Assembly: GCA_016748015.1 (NCBI GenBank)
Contig: JAAOMT010000441.1
Span: 1-64,000, forward strand
Reading direction: 5' to 3'
Length of the DNA: 64,000 nt
From: Geosiphon pyriformis uo1
Lineage: Eukaryota > Fungi > Glomeromycota
Shown: positions 1-12,824 of the stretch, piece by piece
Layout: the number at the start of each line of letters is the position of its first letter
How positions within the stretch are numbered: the first letter of the stretch is position 1
Translations under genes and position numbers: made by a program
The notes under the pieces: model-generated
The model's input: only the letters and a program-made list of their open reading frames with translations
What the model was told of the DNA's origin: nothing
Databases searched by the model: none

Positions 1-215
1 AATATTCTTTAATTTACTCTAATTTAGTTAATAAGATCAATAAAACACTATTATAAAGTAATAATTGTGAATAAGAAGAAAAAAATATTACATTAAATTT
101 TTTTAATAAAATTATGTACTTTTTAGCTTTCTAACTATATATAATTTATATCTTTTGGTACATTAGATAAAACACAGTAATTATTTTTTTTGTCCAATTT
201 TTTTGCAACATACTG
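1..215 (+). mobile_element. 3' end of a Tc1/mariner element (partial; same family and same insertion site as 18873-20147, inverted)
   Basis: Ends in the TIR ttttgtccaattttttt-gcaacatactg followed by TA (216-217). Bases 1-215 are the near-identical reverse complement of 18873-19086. Confidence 0.85.
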
Positions 216-1096
216 TATATAATTTAACAATTAAATAAATTTAAAAAATTAAAAACCAAAAAGATACAATTTATTCATGTTAAAAAGTTAAAACATGATA
301 TAATAGTCAGAAATGTATTTTTTTAAAATTTTATTAAAAGTAATAATTTTTGGGTAATGAAAATAATATAGCTTTTTTCTTCAATTAAAATATTGATAAG
401 ACTTTAAATAAAAGATTATTATATGTTAACATGGCCAAAATTAGTTTAATTAAAAAACATATATAATGAAAGTATTAGCATTAAATCAGATAAAGCAAAA
501 AATGGATTGAATATATAAATTACTAAATACACAGATCAGATAAAAAAGAAAAATAATCAGTGATAAGCAAAGAAAGATTGAACTTGGAACATGTGATTGG
601 TGGAATATGGTATAAAGATTGAAGCAAAAAATATTACTTGATATCATATTCCTTATTTCCAGCTTGCTATCTGTTATTACATTTGGTCAACCACGAAAAA
701 GTGATAAATCGTTGTAATAAAAATCCCAGCGTTTACCACATTAAAAATAGAGAATTGCAATGTTGATCGGTTAAAAACTTTCTTTAGGCAAGTATTAGAT
801 GAATTTTTTTAATTTTTTCCTATATAATTTTGTTTCGAATTTTAAGAAATTCAACAAAGGTAACCATTTTTATTAAAAGAAAACATGGATAAATGTTATA
901 ATATTTTATTATTAATATAAACTAATTGATAAATGAAATCAAATTCATAATTGATATATTTTTCAAATTTCTTAACTTGTGTGATATTTAATTAATATAT
1001 AAATGTTTTTAAAATTATAAAAAAAAAGAATTTGATTGATTCATAATTTATTATTTATTCGATTGTATATTTTTACAATTTTTTTTGTTATTTTTC

Positions 1097-1131
<35 letters not shown>

Positions 1132-1150
1132 CATATTAAACCAAAAATAA
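1..1150. repeat. Left arm of an inverted segmental duplication (partner ~17800-19086)
   Basis: 1-750 is a close reverse-complement match to ~18325-19086; ~770-1150 is a looser match to ~17800-18185. The inner boundary is approximate. Confidence 0.85.
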
Positions 1151-1556
1151 TTTTTTTTACAATAATTAATTTTCTTGAAAAGTTATATTTTAAAATTTAA
1201 TAAAAAAAATTTAAAGAATTAAAGAATTTTTGTATTTTTGTATTTAATTATTCCAAAAAAAAAAATTGATAAAATTTTTGTATTTTATAAATTTAGAAAA
1301 AATATCTCTTTTCAAGTACCTTTATAAACCTTTTACCAATTTATTTCGTTTATCAAGATAATTTCAAAATTCTTAAGTAAAACCATAAAAGGCTGCTTGA
1401 GATTATGTAATGTAATATGCTTTATTGTTTTGATTAATACAGTCTTTAATTTAAAATTATTCTAATTAGTAAAGTTTTATTGGTAATGAAATAATTTGTG
1501 GATTTATGTGAAAGTATCTATTGCCAATATTTTCTCTTGGTTGTTGTCATTTTGTT

Positions 1557-2570
1557 CTAAAGAGTTGACCAGTTCTTCTGTTGTGAATACATTCTTGATC
1601 TATTTAAATCAAACAAGGGTAAATAATTTTTTCTAGTTGCTGCTCTTGAGATGATTTCGTTCTTTTGCCATTCTTTAATATCTAAAAGAATAGAAGAAAT
1701 GAAAAATTTGTCAAGAAAATAGTCATCTTCTTTCTTTAAACAAAGCAAAAACTTTAATAAGTCCTTCTGCAATGGTATATATTTGATACACGTAAAGCTG
1801 ATGTCAAGAATTTTGGCTGACGCCAAAATTCTTAGTTGATAGGATGACTTTCGTCATCTGAAATTTCCTACTATTACTTTCGCTGCATCACAAATTTGAC
1901 AGTGAATGAATAATAATTGAGGATAGTAACATATTTTACAAATGCTTGGATAAAAATTCCCAAGCCCTCAACAATATAATACGTAGCCCAAGCTTTGCTT
2001 CTACCATGTCACTATGCATGGCTCTCAAGAGGTGAAACAAGAAGGAAATCTTTCCATCAATCTAGCAACCGTTTGAATCTTGTGAAATGCACATGGCTAG
2101 CAACCAACTCGGTTGACAGCTGGCTGTAATACATTCAAAGAAATGTGGAGAACACTGATATATGATCAATTTCTTTAATTTTTTTTTGATGCAAGATACA
2201 CCAGTCTTTTAAGGTGTTTCTCTATTTTTTCTTGTCCTCGCTTGTCAATATGAGCTCCGACCATATCAGTAGAGGACAAAGGGGTGAAAGACATCTGTCA
2301 TAGATTGGATCGAGACATGTTATTAAATGCTGTGTAGCCTCGATATACTCCTCCTAGAGAGTTGTCATCACGAAGCACATTTTCAACTTCTCCATACCAG
2401 ATGTGATGTCTTGAACCTTTAAAATAAAAGTTTCGCAACCTATCAATAATCAAGGCATAGAAAATAAATTTCATCCCTCTTGTGAAGATGCATGAAAAAT
2501 CACAAGTTAAAAACAATGGTCTTTTGAATTTGAAATTAGATAATCCAAACAATGACTTTAATTCTGAATG
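1557..2570 (-). pseudogene. Possible decayed gene of unknown family
   Basis: Island of higher GC. ORF 2298-2552 reads on past a single TGA (...MSRSNL*QMSFTPLSSTDMVGAHIDKRGQEKIEKHLKRLVYL...) and then through stops and a frameshift towards ORF 1557-1826. No recognisable domain. Confidence 0.3.
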
Positions 2571-2685
2571 GGATAATAATTTTGATTATTTCCAAGAAAA
2601 GAAAGAAAGCTTTGGCAATACAATCAGAAACGTCATATAATCTTTAGAGTGTGAAGTAATTGAGAGGGATTTACTCATTATCAAT

Positions 2686-2716
<31 letters not shown>

Positions 2717-2865
2717 TTTTTGAAATCTATCCGTCATTTTTACGCATTTCTAGTAACTTTGGCAAAATGCAAATTAAGTATAAACCGCTAAATCTCATTG
2801 TTCGCCGCACAATGGCGTTTTGAATAAAGTTTTAAAATTTGGTGCATGCAGTTATATGCTTGTTT

Positions 2866-2905
<40 letters not shown>

Positions 2906-5900
2906 CTCATAATCCACTTCCCCTTGTAGATCTAAAGACATTAAAGGAAGAAATATGAGTAAAAAACAAATAAACAAAAAAACCCTGTCATATTTTAAAT
3001 ACTTATTTTTGTCACAATATTAAATTCTTGAAACAATTGTTTAAAATATTGAAGGTTCAATGGGTGAACCTAGATTTTACTGAAAAACGTTTTTTTTATA
3101 ATGAAAAATTTTTGGTGAATCGATAAAATAATTTTAAAAATCTAGTTCTTTCATATGATCAAATCGGGGAATTAGTGTTTTTATTGATCGGGTTTTCCTG
3201 TTGGTGAATTATATAGAGGAATTTTTCCCACAATTTGATACATATTAGGAAAGAAATATGATTGTCATTATGACGAATTTTTCCGAGACATGAAACCCAT
3301 TTTAAAAACTCTTGTTCTCAAGCAAGTAACACTTACTGTATATAGTTAAAAAAGTCATTTAAAAAATAATAATTTAATGGAACTCAAAATTGGAATTTAC
3401 TTTATTTTAGACTTAATGTGATTAAATTTTTAAAAGAAATTTTCAGATCAAAAATTTTTTTTTTTTTTTTTTTTTCAATACGCTTATATATTCACATGTA
3501 CTGTATATCTCCAAAAATAAAATAGCTTTTTTATTTTATTTAGGGGGAAGGATAATTTCGGTGATTTTCTAGGTGTAATATCCTGAACTTTTTGATTGTT
3601 GGTATCTCGGATAGTTTTTTGAAGTGAGAATCTAGTTATGGTTAATGGGTAAATAATGAATTTCCTTTTTTTTTTTTTTTGGTAAATCGAAATACGGTTT
3701 AAAAACCAAAAAATCTAGACCGAATTTATATTTAATTGTATATATAATTTTTCCATAATCAGGTTCAAATTTAAACACTAAACTTAGTAAGAATCAATTA
3801 TTTAAAATCTATTCATGACTTAAAAAGGATGATCTCGGTTATTTCTAAGAAAATTTGAAACATTCAAAGTATCACCTTTTGATGAATAAATAAATTAATA
3901 AATAAATAGATAAATAAATAAATTAGTAAAAAACCGAATGTTAAACGACATATATCTTTTTCAAGCATAGAAGATTGTAATGAAATTGGTCTTTTTTTAA
4001 AGTTCTTTACTATAAATGATTGTTTGTTTGTTTGTTTTAAAAAAAAAATTTGTTAAAAAAAGGATTATTATTATATTTTTTTTTACTTACTCATTTACCA
4101 TTAACGAACCAATTATAAATTATAAATTTTAAATTCTCAAACACTATTTTTTTTGAAACTTTTCAACCATTTATTTCACCGATATCATGGTATTTTCCTA
4201 AATTTGAAATAAAAAAAAATCTTAATAAAATTTTTTTTAATTAAATAGATTATTTAACTATCATGCAATGTAATATATTGGTTACTAAAGCTTTTAGAAT
4301 AAAGAAAAAAAAAATTATTTTAAACTAGTTACTTGTTTTGAAAAAAAAATTTTTTTATTCTAAATAATAAGATTAAATAAAATTCTAATATAAATTTTTA
4401 AAAATGTTAAAAAAGGTTAGAAAAATTTTAGGGGGTAAAAAGAATTTCTTTTAGGACTAATTATTGATTATTTTAACGAAAACAAAGGGGGTTAAATCAA
4501 TATTAATTTGTATGATGAGTATTAAGTTATAAGATATCTTGAAATACATTCCTTTTTTTTTATTTTATTTTAGATTTCTAAAAAGTGTTTTAACGTTAAT
4601 TTAATCAGGTTATTTTGATATCTTACATTACAATTTATACAACCTTTGATTAGAAATGTAAATAATTGGAATTAAAATCTTTAATATTTATTATGAAATT
4701 GTGAATGAGAAAAAAAATGGTATTTAAATTTCATCAATTAAAAAATAAAAATTTTGAACAAAAATAATAATAATCTTTATAATCTTTAAATTTAAATATA
4801 AAGGTGAATGGTGAATGGTGAATGGTGAATTAATTTTAATTGTTAAAATTAAAGCTGTTAGATTGATTTGTTGTGGCTTAATGATTGAATCTAATTAAAC
4901 TCCAAAAAAAAAAAAAATCGTTTTTCCTTTTAACAATAATAATAACTCGTGGTTAACCTGGGTTACCCTTTCTCCTGCAGCGTTGTGCATCAGGATCAAA
5001 CTAGCTGCTGAGTGAAAAGGATAGAGGAATTAAAAAAATATTGTTTTCCAAAGAACGATAAGTTTTTTTTTTTTTTTAAAGTTTTTTTTAATCATAATCA
5101 TCATAATAATAATAATAATAATAATCATTTTCTTGCGAAATTTTTAAACTCTAGATTACGAATTCACACGAAAAGGTACATATGCATTGCATCTACCCGA
5201 AAATTCAAAAAAAGTTTAATAATTAAAAATTTTAGATACTCGAATTTAAATGAAAATAAAAAAACTTAATTTTCTAATAATGATGTTTTAATATTAACAT
5301 AATTTCCATAAAAAGTGGGTTTGAAATTTAGAATTTTTAATTTTTATTCATCATCCCCTGAATTGTGATTACAGATAATTGTAAGCATGCCAATTATTCC
5401 TGAAAATTTTCTTCACATGTAAAAAAGAAAAAAGAAAATAGAAAAAAAAGGGTTATTGCTTGATTATTATTATTATTTTTTCATAGATGTATATATAACT
5501 TGCTATTGTATTAAGTGAAACAACTCGTTAATTGTAAGGGGTATCATACTATCATTTTTCATCATATGAAAATCAAGGTTTGAAAAAAAAAAAGGAAAAC
5601 TATAATTTCCTTTGAAAATCTTAAAGGTAATTAATTATCAAAAAATGGATTTCACATCATCATCATACGTCTAAGATCAAGATTAAAAATAAAAGAGAAG
5701 GTAATCCATCAACATTTTATTATTATTATTATTATTATTGATTAAAGGTTTCTCTTTTATTGCCTTGTTTGTCTTTGATTTATTAATTTATTTTTTAATT
5801 AAGGAAATCATCCACACACGTGTGATCAATTCATAATTTCAAAAAAAAAAAAAAACCGGTCGTATTTGTTTCTAGAAATTTCTATTTTTTTTTATTTTAA

Positions 5901-6070
5901 AGGCTCAGATGATTAGGCTCACGTTAATCATCAGGCTTTACTTGTACAACATACAATAAATCACCAGTTATTTTATATATATATAGGAAAAGAGAAAGCC
6001 ACTTTCAAGATTCTAAGAAAACAATCTTTTATTTAACTTTTATCGTTTATTTGTGGCTTAGTAGAATCCA

Positions 6071-6071
<1 letters not shown>

Positions 6072-6117
<46 letters not shown>
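6072..6117. repeat. (ATT)n microsatellite
   Basis: About 15 perfect ATT units. Similar (AAT)n tracts at ~1098-1127, ~9366-9402 and ~10121-10176. Confidence 0.9.
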
Positions 6118-6119
<2 letters not shown>

Positions 6120-6998
6120 ATTAATAATCTTTTATTGTTTAATATTTCTGAATGAATCAGTCATTATTGGTTCTTAAAATAAAAAAAATAAAAAAAAAGT
6201 AATTTAATAGATAATGTCGAAATGATTAAAGAGTCTAGTATAAGTGGGGTGAATCTTGGCATTTGACTAGTAAGGTAAAAGGAGGGTAAAATGGTGAATT
6301 ACGATTATAGTAGTGTGGCTAATAGAGTATTGTGGCAAAGTTAGCAAAATAAATTCGCGTAAGAGAATAAGACGCGTGAAAGTATCCCATTTTTTATACT
6401 CTTTGTATCAGAAATTTGCCATAATACCGTAATTCACTAATAATACCCTTTTTATCTTATATTCTAAATTAAAATACCAGTATCAAAAGTAAATTAACAA
6501 ATTTTTTTTTTTTAGTGATAATTACTTACAAACATTAAACTTTTGACCAAACAATCATGATTCTAGACTTTTATACAAATATATATATATATTTTTCATA
6601 AATACCAACTCGAATCATGTTAATTTTTAATTCAATCTCGTTCAAATTTATTTGGAATAAATTTAATTTCATGTCATGTCATGTCATATCAAGTCAATAG
6701 ATTAATAGTTTCGAAACTTTTTTGCTTCTCACCATGAATTATTATTATTATTATTATTATTAAAAGTAATCCTTTTTTCATTTCTGCGTTTGATATTTTT
6801 TTTACCCCGCATTTTTCGATGTGCATTTTGCAGCCAGTTCCGAGCCATAATCCATAAAAAAATACTTGGCTCCGAGAACGAGCGACTGGGGTCGTCAGTC
6901 GTCAATTAGGAAACAAAATTTTGGTTATATGACATCGGAGTTAATGCCATTTGGGCGTTTAATTTTAAATCATAAAGGTTTGATAAAATTGAATCGAA

Positions 6999-7001
<3 letters not shown>

Positions 7002-7042
<41 letters not shown>
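7002..7042. repeat. (TA)n microsatellite
   Basis: About 20 TA units; these produce the spurious IYIYIY ORF 6866-7261. Confidence 0.9.
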
Positions 7043-7051
<9 letters not shown>

Positions 7052-9358
7052 CATATATATACATATAATATAAAAAACTTTCTCAGCCATCAATTCAAAG
7101 CATTCCTTTTCAACCCAACTTACACATCCTATAAAATCAAGTTAGGCTATTTTTCTTTTTTTCTTTTTTTCTTTTTTTCTTTTTCAGATGTAAATGCAGA
7201 GACTGGTATTACTGTAAATCACAAATTGCTCGAAATTTGGGGAAAAAATATTTTTTTTTAAAATCAAAAAAGAAAGTTGCTTTTTTGAATAGTAAAGGAT
7301 TCATTCTCAAGTATTAATAAAATGTACTTTGGCAGGTTAGCATATCATTAGATTGGGCAAATGAGAATTTTGGCGAAAAAAAATATCCACAGCATGTAAG
7401 GAGGCAATGGAAAATTAATAATCAATGTACAAAAAACACAAAAAATTGACTATAAAAAATGAGTCAATCACTAAAAAAAGATTATTTTTAAGCCTGCAAG
7501 CAAACAAGCAAGCAAGCAAGCAAGCGAGCACGGAAAAGTAAGGCAACCTCAATAAGTCATGCCTGCTAAATGCCAGATCACAGGATATAAAAACTTTAAT
7601 GATCTTTTTTCATTACTTTTTAATCCATTACTATTTTATTAAAGGCTGAAATAATTTCTTTCTTCATTCTGAACTTTAAAAAATATTATCAGTATGTGGG
7701 CATAAAAATGTGATGAAATAAAGAATTTACATGTGAGGTGGTATGGTCTATATCCACTTATTATAACATATGGCTGAAAAATTATGTCATATTTACAATG
7801 AGTTTTTTTTTTGATCGTGAACATTTTATTTTTGAAGATGGAAAAATGGGAATTAGAGGAAAATTAAATTAAATTAAATTAAATTAAATTGCATGAGATA
7901 AAAATTTAATAAGAGAGAAAGAGAGGGAAGATAAAGGAGGGAAAATGACGAGAAAAATGAAGCGTAATTTGATCTTTATGAATTTGACATGGATTACGCA
8001 AGTTTTTGAGATAAAAGTGAATTTAAATGATGATTTTGGAAACGTGATCATAAAGATCATAAATATCATAAATATCATAAGGATCATAAATATCATAAAT
8101 ATCATAGATTAAAGTTATTTCCTTTCTTCTGAGGTTATTCCTAATTTAAAAGCCTTGTTAATCACAAAAAAAATTTTTTTTTCTTATCCAAACATATAAA
8201 AATCAATAAATCACAAAATAGCGTACAAAAGGCGTTCCATTTTAACTTCTAAAATTGATTAAAAATCAGCAATGTTCATTGAAATCGAGAATGTTCTCAA
8301 CAATTTCTTTCATATTTTTCGCGTTTTTTCGCGTTTTCTCGTGTGACTTGATCGAGTATCAAATTTTTGCCTACACAAAATGTTATAAAAAAATAAAAAC
8401 GACCTGCAACAGCAAAGGACGTTCCGAAATCTAAACTAAAAAAATCTAGATCTAGTTAACTCTTAGAACACCTCCGTCTCAGATTTGTCTCAAGTCACAA
8501 GTTTTAGTCTGAATAAATAACAAAACTAGCTTGTCTTTCGTTGTCAATGTTAATGTCGTCTTACCTAGTACCACTTCTCTACCAACCTGTCCCGAAACTA
8601 AATTTTTTGAGCCTTTCCCAGTTTCGCTAAGGGACCTTCTAAGCATCTGAATAAAAAACTTGATCTCCTCAAAATTATCGTCTCACAAAACTCCAATCCC
8701 AAAAACCCTGTCTTTTTGTGTATGAAAATTTAATTTTTTAAAATTCTTTTTTCCTTCGATCATCAATTCTATGTAATGATTTGTTCTTTCACTTTTCAAG
8801 TTCCACATTTTTATTTTTATCATGAATAACTATTAATAATCCCTCTAAAGCCATCTAACTTATTATCAAATCACTAAAAACCGAGACTTTTTTTGATCTC
8901 CATCTAACCTCTCTGATCTATATGAATCACCTTAAATTTCAAATATTTCCGGTTTTTCCCCATTTTTAGATTTATCAGAGTTGTACCCATCATGCTATTA
9001 TGCAGCTTCTTTTATTATACCCTAATAACTCCGAATTAGATTTCATGTTCCTTTAGAAATCAGTTAAAACTTCTCCAAAGTTTCATCTAAAAGTAATCTG
9101 GTTTCTTTTTTTTTATTTTTCTTTTTTTAAAAATTATTTTAAAATTAATTTTCTTTGTTCGAAATATATATATATATTTTTTATGGTGGGGGTGTATGAA
9201 CGATTCTTGGAAACCCTCAATTGGTTAAACCGTTTCATTCCCAAAATAGATTTTTATTTTCTAAATGAATAGATTTTTTTTTTAAAAATCATTTCTCGAA
9301 AAATATAGGTATTTTCATAGCAATAACAATGAATGATAATAATAAATAATGAATAATA

Positions 9359-9407
<49 letters not shown>

Positions 9408-10116
9408 TATAAAAATTATATTTATTATAATTATTACTCTAAATTATGTTTCTACTTCCTTTGTCAAACTTTCACTAACCTCACTTTGGCTCGTCCTGTT
9501 AACACAATTTCGTCATACCTTATAAGATTCACCTGTCTAACTAAAATAGCGACCAACTACAATATTTCCGGAGCTTTTTTTCTTCTTTTCTCGCTTACTT
9601 GGCCTAATGATCTCCCCACTTTGTGTACAATCAAACTCGGCGATATTTTTTACTGTACGTTACTGTCGCCCTTAATGTAACCTCTCTCTTCTTTTTTTTT
9701 TTTTTTTTTTCTTTCTTTCTTTCTTTCTCTCTATCTATCTCTCTCTCAATAACTAATCTAGGTAAAATCGAGAAAAACCTTACTTCATGTTTAGCCGCCA
9801 CAATAATATTCATACTGCCATCCCTGCTGTTATTTTTGTACCCTTAATTTTTCTCAGTATCATAATACATATCCTAATCGATATATAAACACTTATAAAT
9901 GACCCATCTAACCGGTTCTTCTTTATCATCTTTTTTAAAAATTTCGAATATTTTTTAAAGTTTCTATTTTGAATCTCTTTTTAAACTTCTTTTTTTCTTT
10001 GCTCACTTTACAGTTTCCTTGTTTTTTTTTTTTTTTGAACACAGAATTTCAAAATACACAAAACTTTCTCACTGACCTACAAAACAAAACTTTTTTCTCG
10101 AGACTTTAACTTTTGA

Positions 10117-10176
<60 letters not shown>

Positions 10177-10423
10177 TTTATTATTCTCATTGTCAAATAA
10201 AAACGTTTATATCGAAAATTTTCATTATAAAAACTTACTTATTACTATTCTCATACTTTAGTAACCGGATACATTTAAAAGATATCCTTTTTCTACTCTT
10301 ACCATTTGAACCTTTAAACACATTAGTGTCCGTCTTTTAACTTTTAAAAAAAGGTTCCTCACCTTTTAAACATATATACACACATACATACATACATACA
10401 TACATACATACAAATCCTTTTCA

Positions 10424-12824
10424 ATGATTATATCCACCATAACCATGCCACCGACACCGGTCTCACCATATCGTGGTGATTTTGAATTCCCGGTAAGCTT
10501 TTCTAATGTGAATTTTTGAGGTGATAAAAAAACCTTCTCTCCCCTTTCTAATGAAGATGATGTGTTTCTTGGTACAAAAAAAACAAACATGTTTCTTCAT
10601 TAGTTCTTGGGATGTTTCTGTCGTTTAATTTGATCAGAATATTTCTTTTCGAAAAATCTCATTTACTAAAAGTACCCATGTTCTCCTCATTTGTCTTTCT
10701 ATCTTTATAATTTTGGAACCCATCAACATCAACATCAAACATCAAAATTGACATGAACATCTTCGCCTTAACCCAACAAACTTACAACTACTCGCTCCTG
10801 CCCCAACGCACTTTAAAAAATGCTGAATATGATGATCTCATTGTATCCTTGTTCACCCATCGTCTTCGTTATACAATTATCCCCTATTTCATTCGACCCA
10901 CGCATGGAATTTTACCACCTCCCCGTGATGATAATGAACGACGCCAATTTCCCAATTAATTCTTCTTGTACACCCATGTATTATCTCACATTATAAATAC
11001 GCAGAAACGTCGACGAAGATCAAATAGTTCAAGCCAAATTCTTGCTCACCAGAACTTTAAAGCGGTCCGAAGTCCGCAAAGAGATGTATTAGGCCAGTTA
11101 ATACCAAGGCCACCAAGACTAGCTTACGACCCGACAACTGCCATTTACCTTCCAACCAGAATGACCATGACACCACCATCGCGACCAGACTATGAACTCT
11201 CAAATTTACTACATAGCGGTGTGAGTGGAAGAGTGAAGCCTGGAACAACAAATCGTGATACTCACGGTCGAAGTATATCACAGCCAAATCAATCTAATAG
11301 CGATAACCGCTACAAAAGCCATCACCGTCACAACCAACAACCTCCCAATAGCCAAGTCGTCGAATATCATGAACGAATAGAAAAACGAACAAGCATGGTT
11401 TTTGAAGAAGAGGAAGACGACGACGACGATGATGATGATGATGATGATGATGACGAAACAATATCTTGTTCTTCGTCAGGTTTATCAGACGACGGTGCTG
11501 AAGACCCAAAACTTGCAGAACAAGTTTCAATGCTTCGAAAAGAAATTGACGCGGTCAAACAAAGTCTGGTTGGCTTACAGAAAGGTCATAAATCATTGTT
11601 GGAAGAGAAGAAGGAGTTGGAAGAAGAATATCAACAAACCAAGGAGGAGGTCACGAAAACTATTGAAAGTAGTAATGAAATGTTAAGCTTTCACCAAATG
11701 TTAAACTCGAAAATGGAAAAACTTACCTTAACATTAGCCAGCGGCAACTCTCTAGAAAAAGATTCTTTTTTGGAACAAGACTTCCCACCAGAGTACAAGG
11801 ATATAATAAACAATTGCATGCATCAAGCGAAAGAATTGAACGTCTTGCAAGTACAACTGGAAAAGAGTAAAGCTGAATTTCGACAATTGTTGAGTGTTAA
11901 AGAACATATTGAAAGCTTATTGGAAACACAAGAAGAAGAATACCTGAAACTGATAAGAGATTGTGAAGCGAAAACCAGTGGTCAATCAGGAATGATTGAT
12001 TCCATGGAAAATTTATTAATGGAATTGGAAGCAAAAATGGATAAACTGATGACGGAGAAACAAGAACGTCAAAATAGTCGTCATCATAATCATCGTCAGG
12101 ATTCCACCTGTTCATCGTTAAGTTGTTCGTCTGAGCGAAGAAATAAACGGAAAAAAAGATTACAAAATGCCGCCATAAAAGACGCCTACATTGATCGTGT
12201 CGCTGCTGAAGTACCCGCCGAGGAACTTAAACCAATATATCTGATGTCTCCTCCTCAGGTAAATTAATCGATCATATATTTTTATCGCCATTATCCTAAC
12301 TTCTTGTAGCTTACCGGTAATTGATTTATCTGTTTAGTCTCGAAGAATTGCATACACCAATCCAATTTCATTATTTACCGATGAGGAACTTATACGACAT
12401 CAATCTCGTTTTGGTAAGATTAATGATATTTTTGAGACTTGTTTGGGACAAATGTTTTGATAAACATTGAAGATCTAATCTTTAAACCGGTTTTTAATTT
12501 AAATCCTTTTTGCCTAAAAAGGTCTAGCCAAAGAATGGGTTGAAGATAGCAAGGTTTCTGAATGTCAACGAGCCGGCTGTAGCATCAAATTCAATCTATG
12601 GAATCGTCGTCATCATTGTAGAAGGTAACTTATCGATCACTATCGATACATCAATTGAACGTGTCATAATTTACTCATCATATCTCTTTAAACTTTATAG
12701 ATGTGGTAACATTTTCTGTAACAATCATAGCGCCTACTCAATGCTATTATTCCCAAACGGAAACGAGGATTGGGGTGGCGTTTGGTCAAGAGTCTGTGAA
12801 GGATGTTTTAACGACACACGATGA
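10424..12824 (+). CDS. Coiled-coil protein with a C-terminal FYVE zinc finger (predicted PI3P-binding endosomal protein), ~541 aa, 5 exons: 10424-10492, 11005-12258, 12338-12413, 12522-12624, 12701-12824
   Basis: All four introns are GT..AG and keep the frame. The spliced C-terminus reads WVEDSKVSECQRAGCSIKFNLWNRRHHCRRCGNIFCNNHS...SRVCEGCF, containing the FYVE WxxD, R(R/K)HHCR and RVC motifs. Exon 2 has a poly-Asp tract and long heptad-rich helices. Exon 1 (MIISTITMPPTPVSPYRGDFEFP|gtaagc) is the least certain part. Confidence 0.9.

Noticed and set aside
5012-10340. Short ORFs (5012, 6866, 7884, 9486, 9623, 10113 and others)
   Set aside because: Low-complexity translations of microsatellites and homopolymer tracts.
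10753-10959. Standalone 68-aa ORF
   Set aside because: It lies inside predicted intron 1 of the FYVE gene and has no domain evidence; an alternative first exon cannot be excluded.
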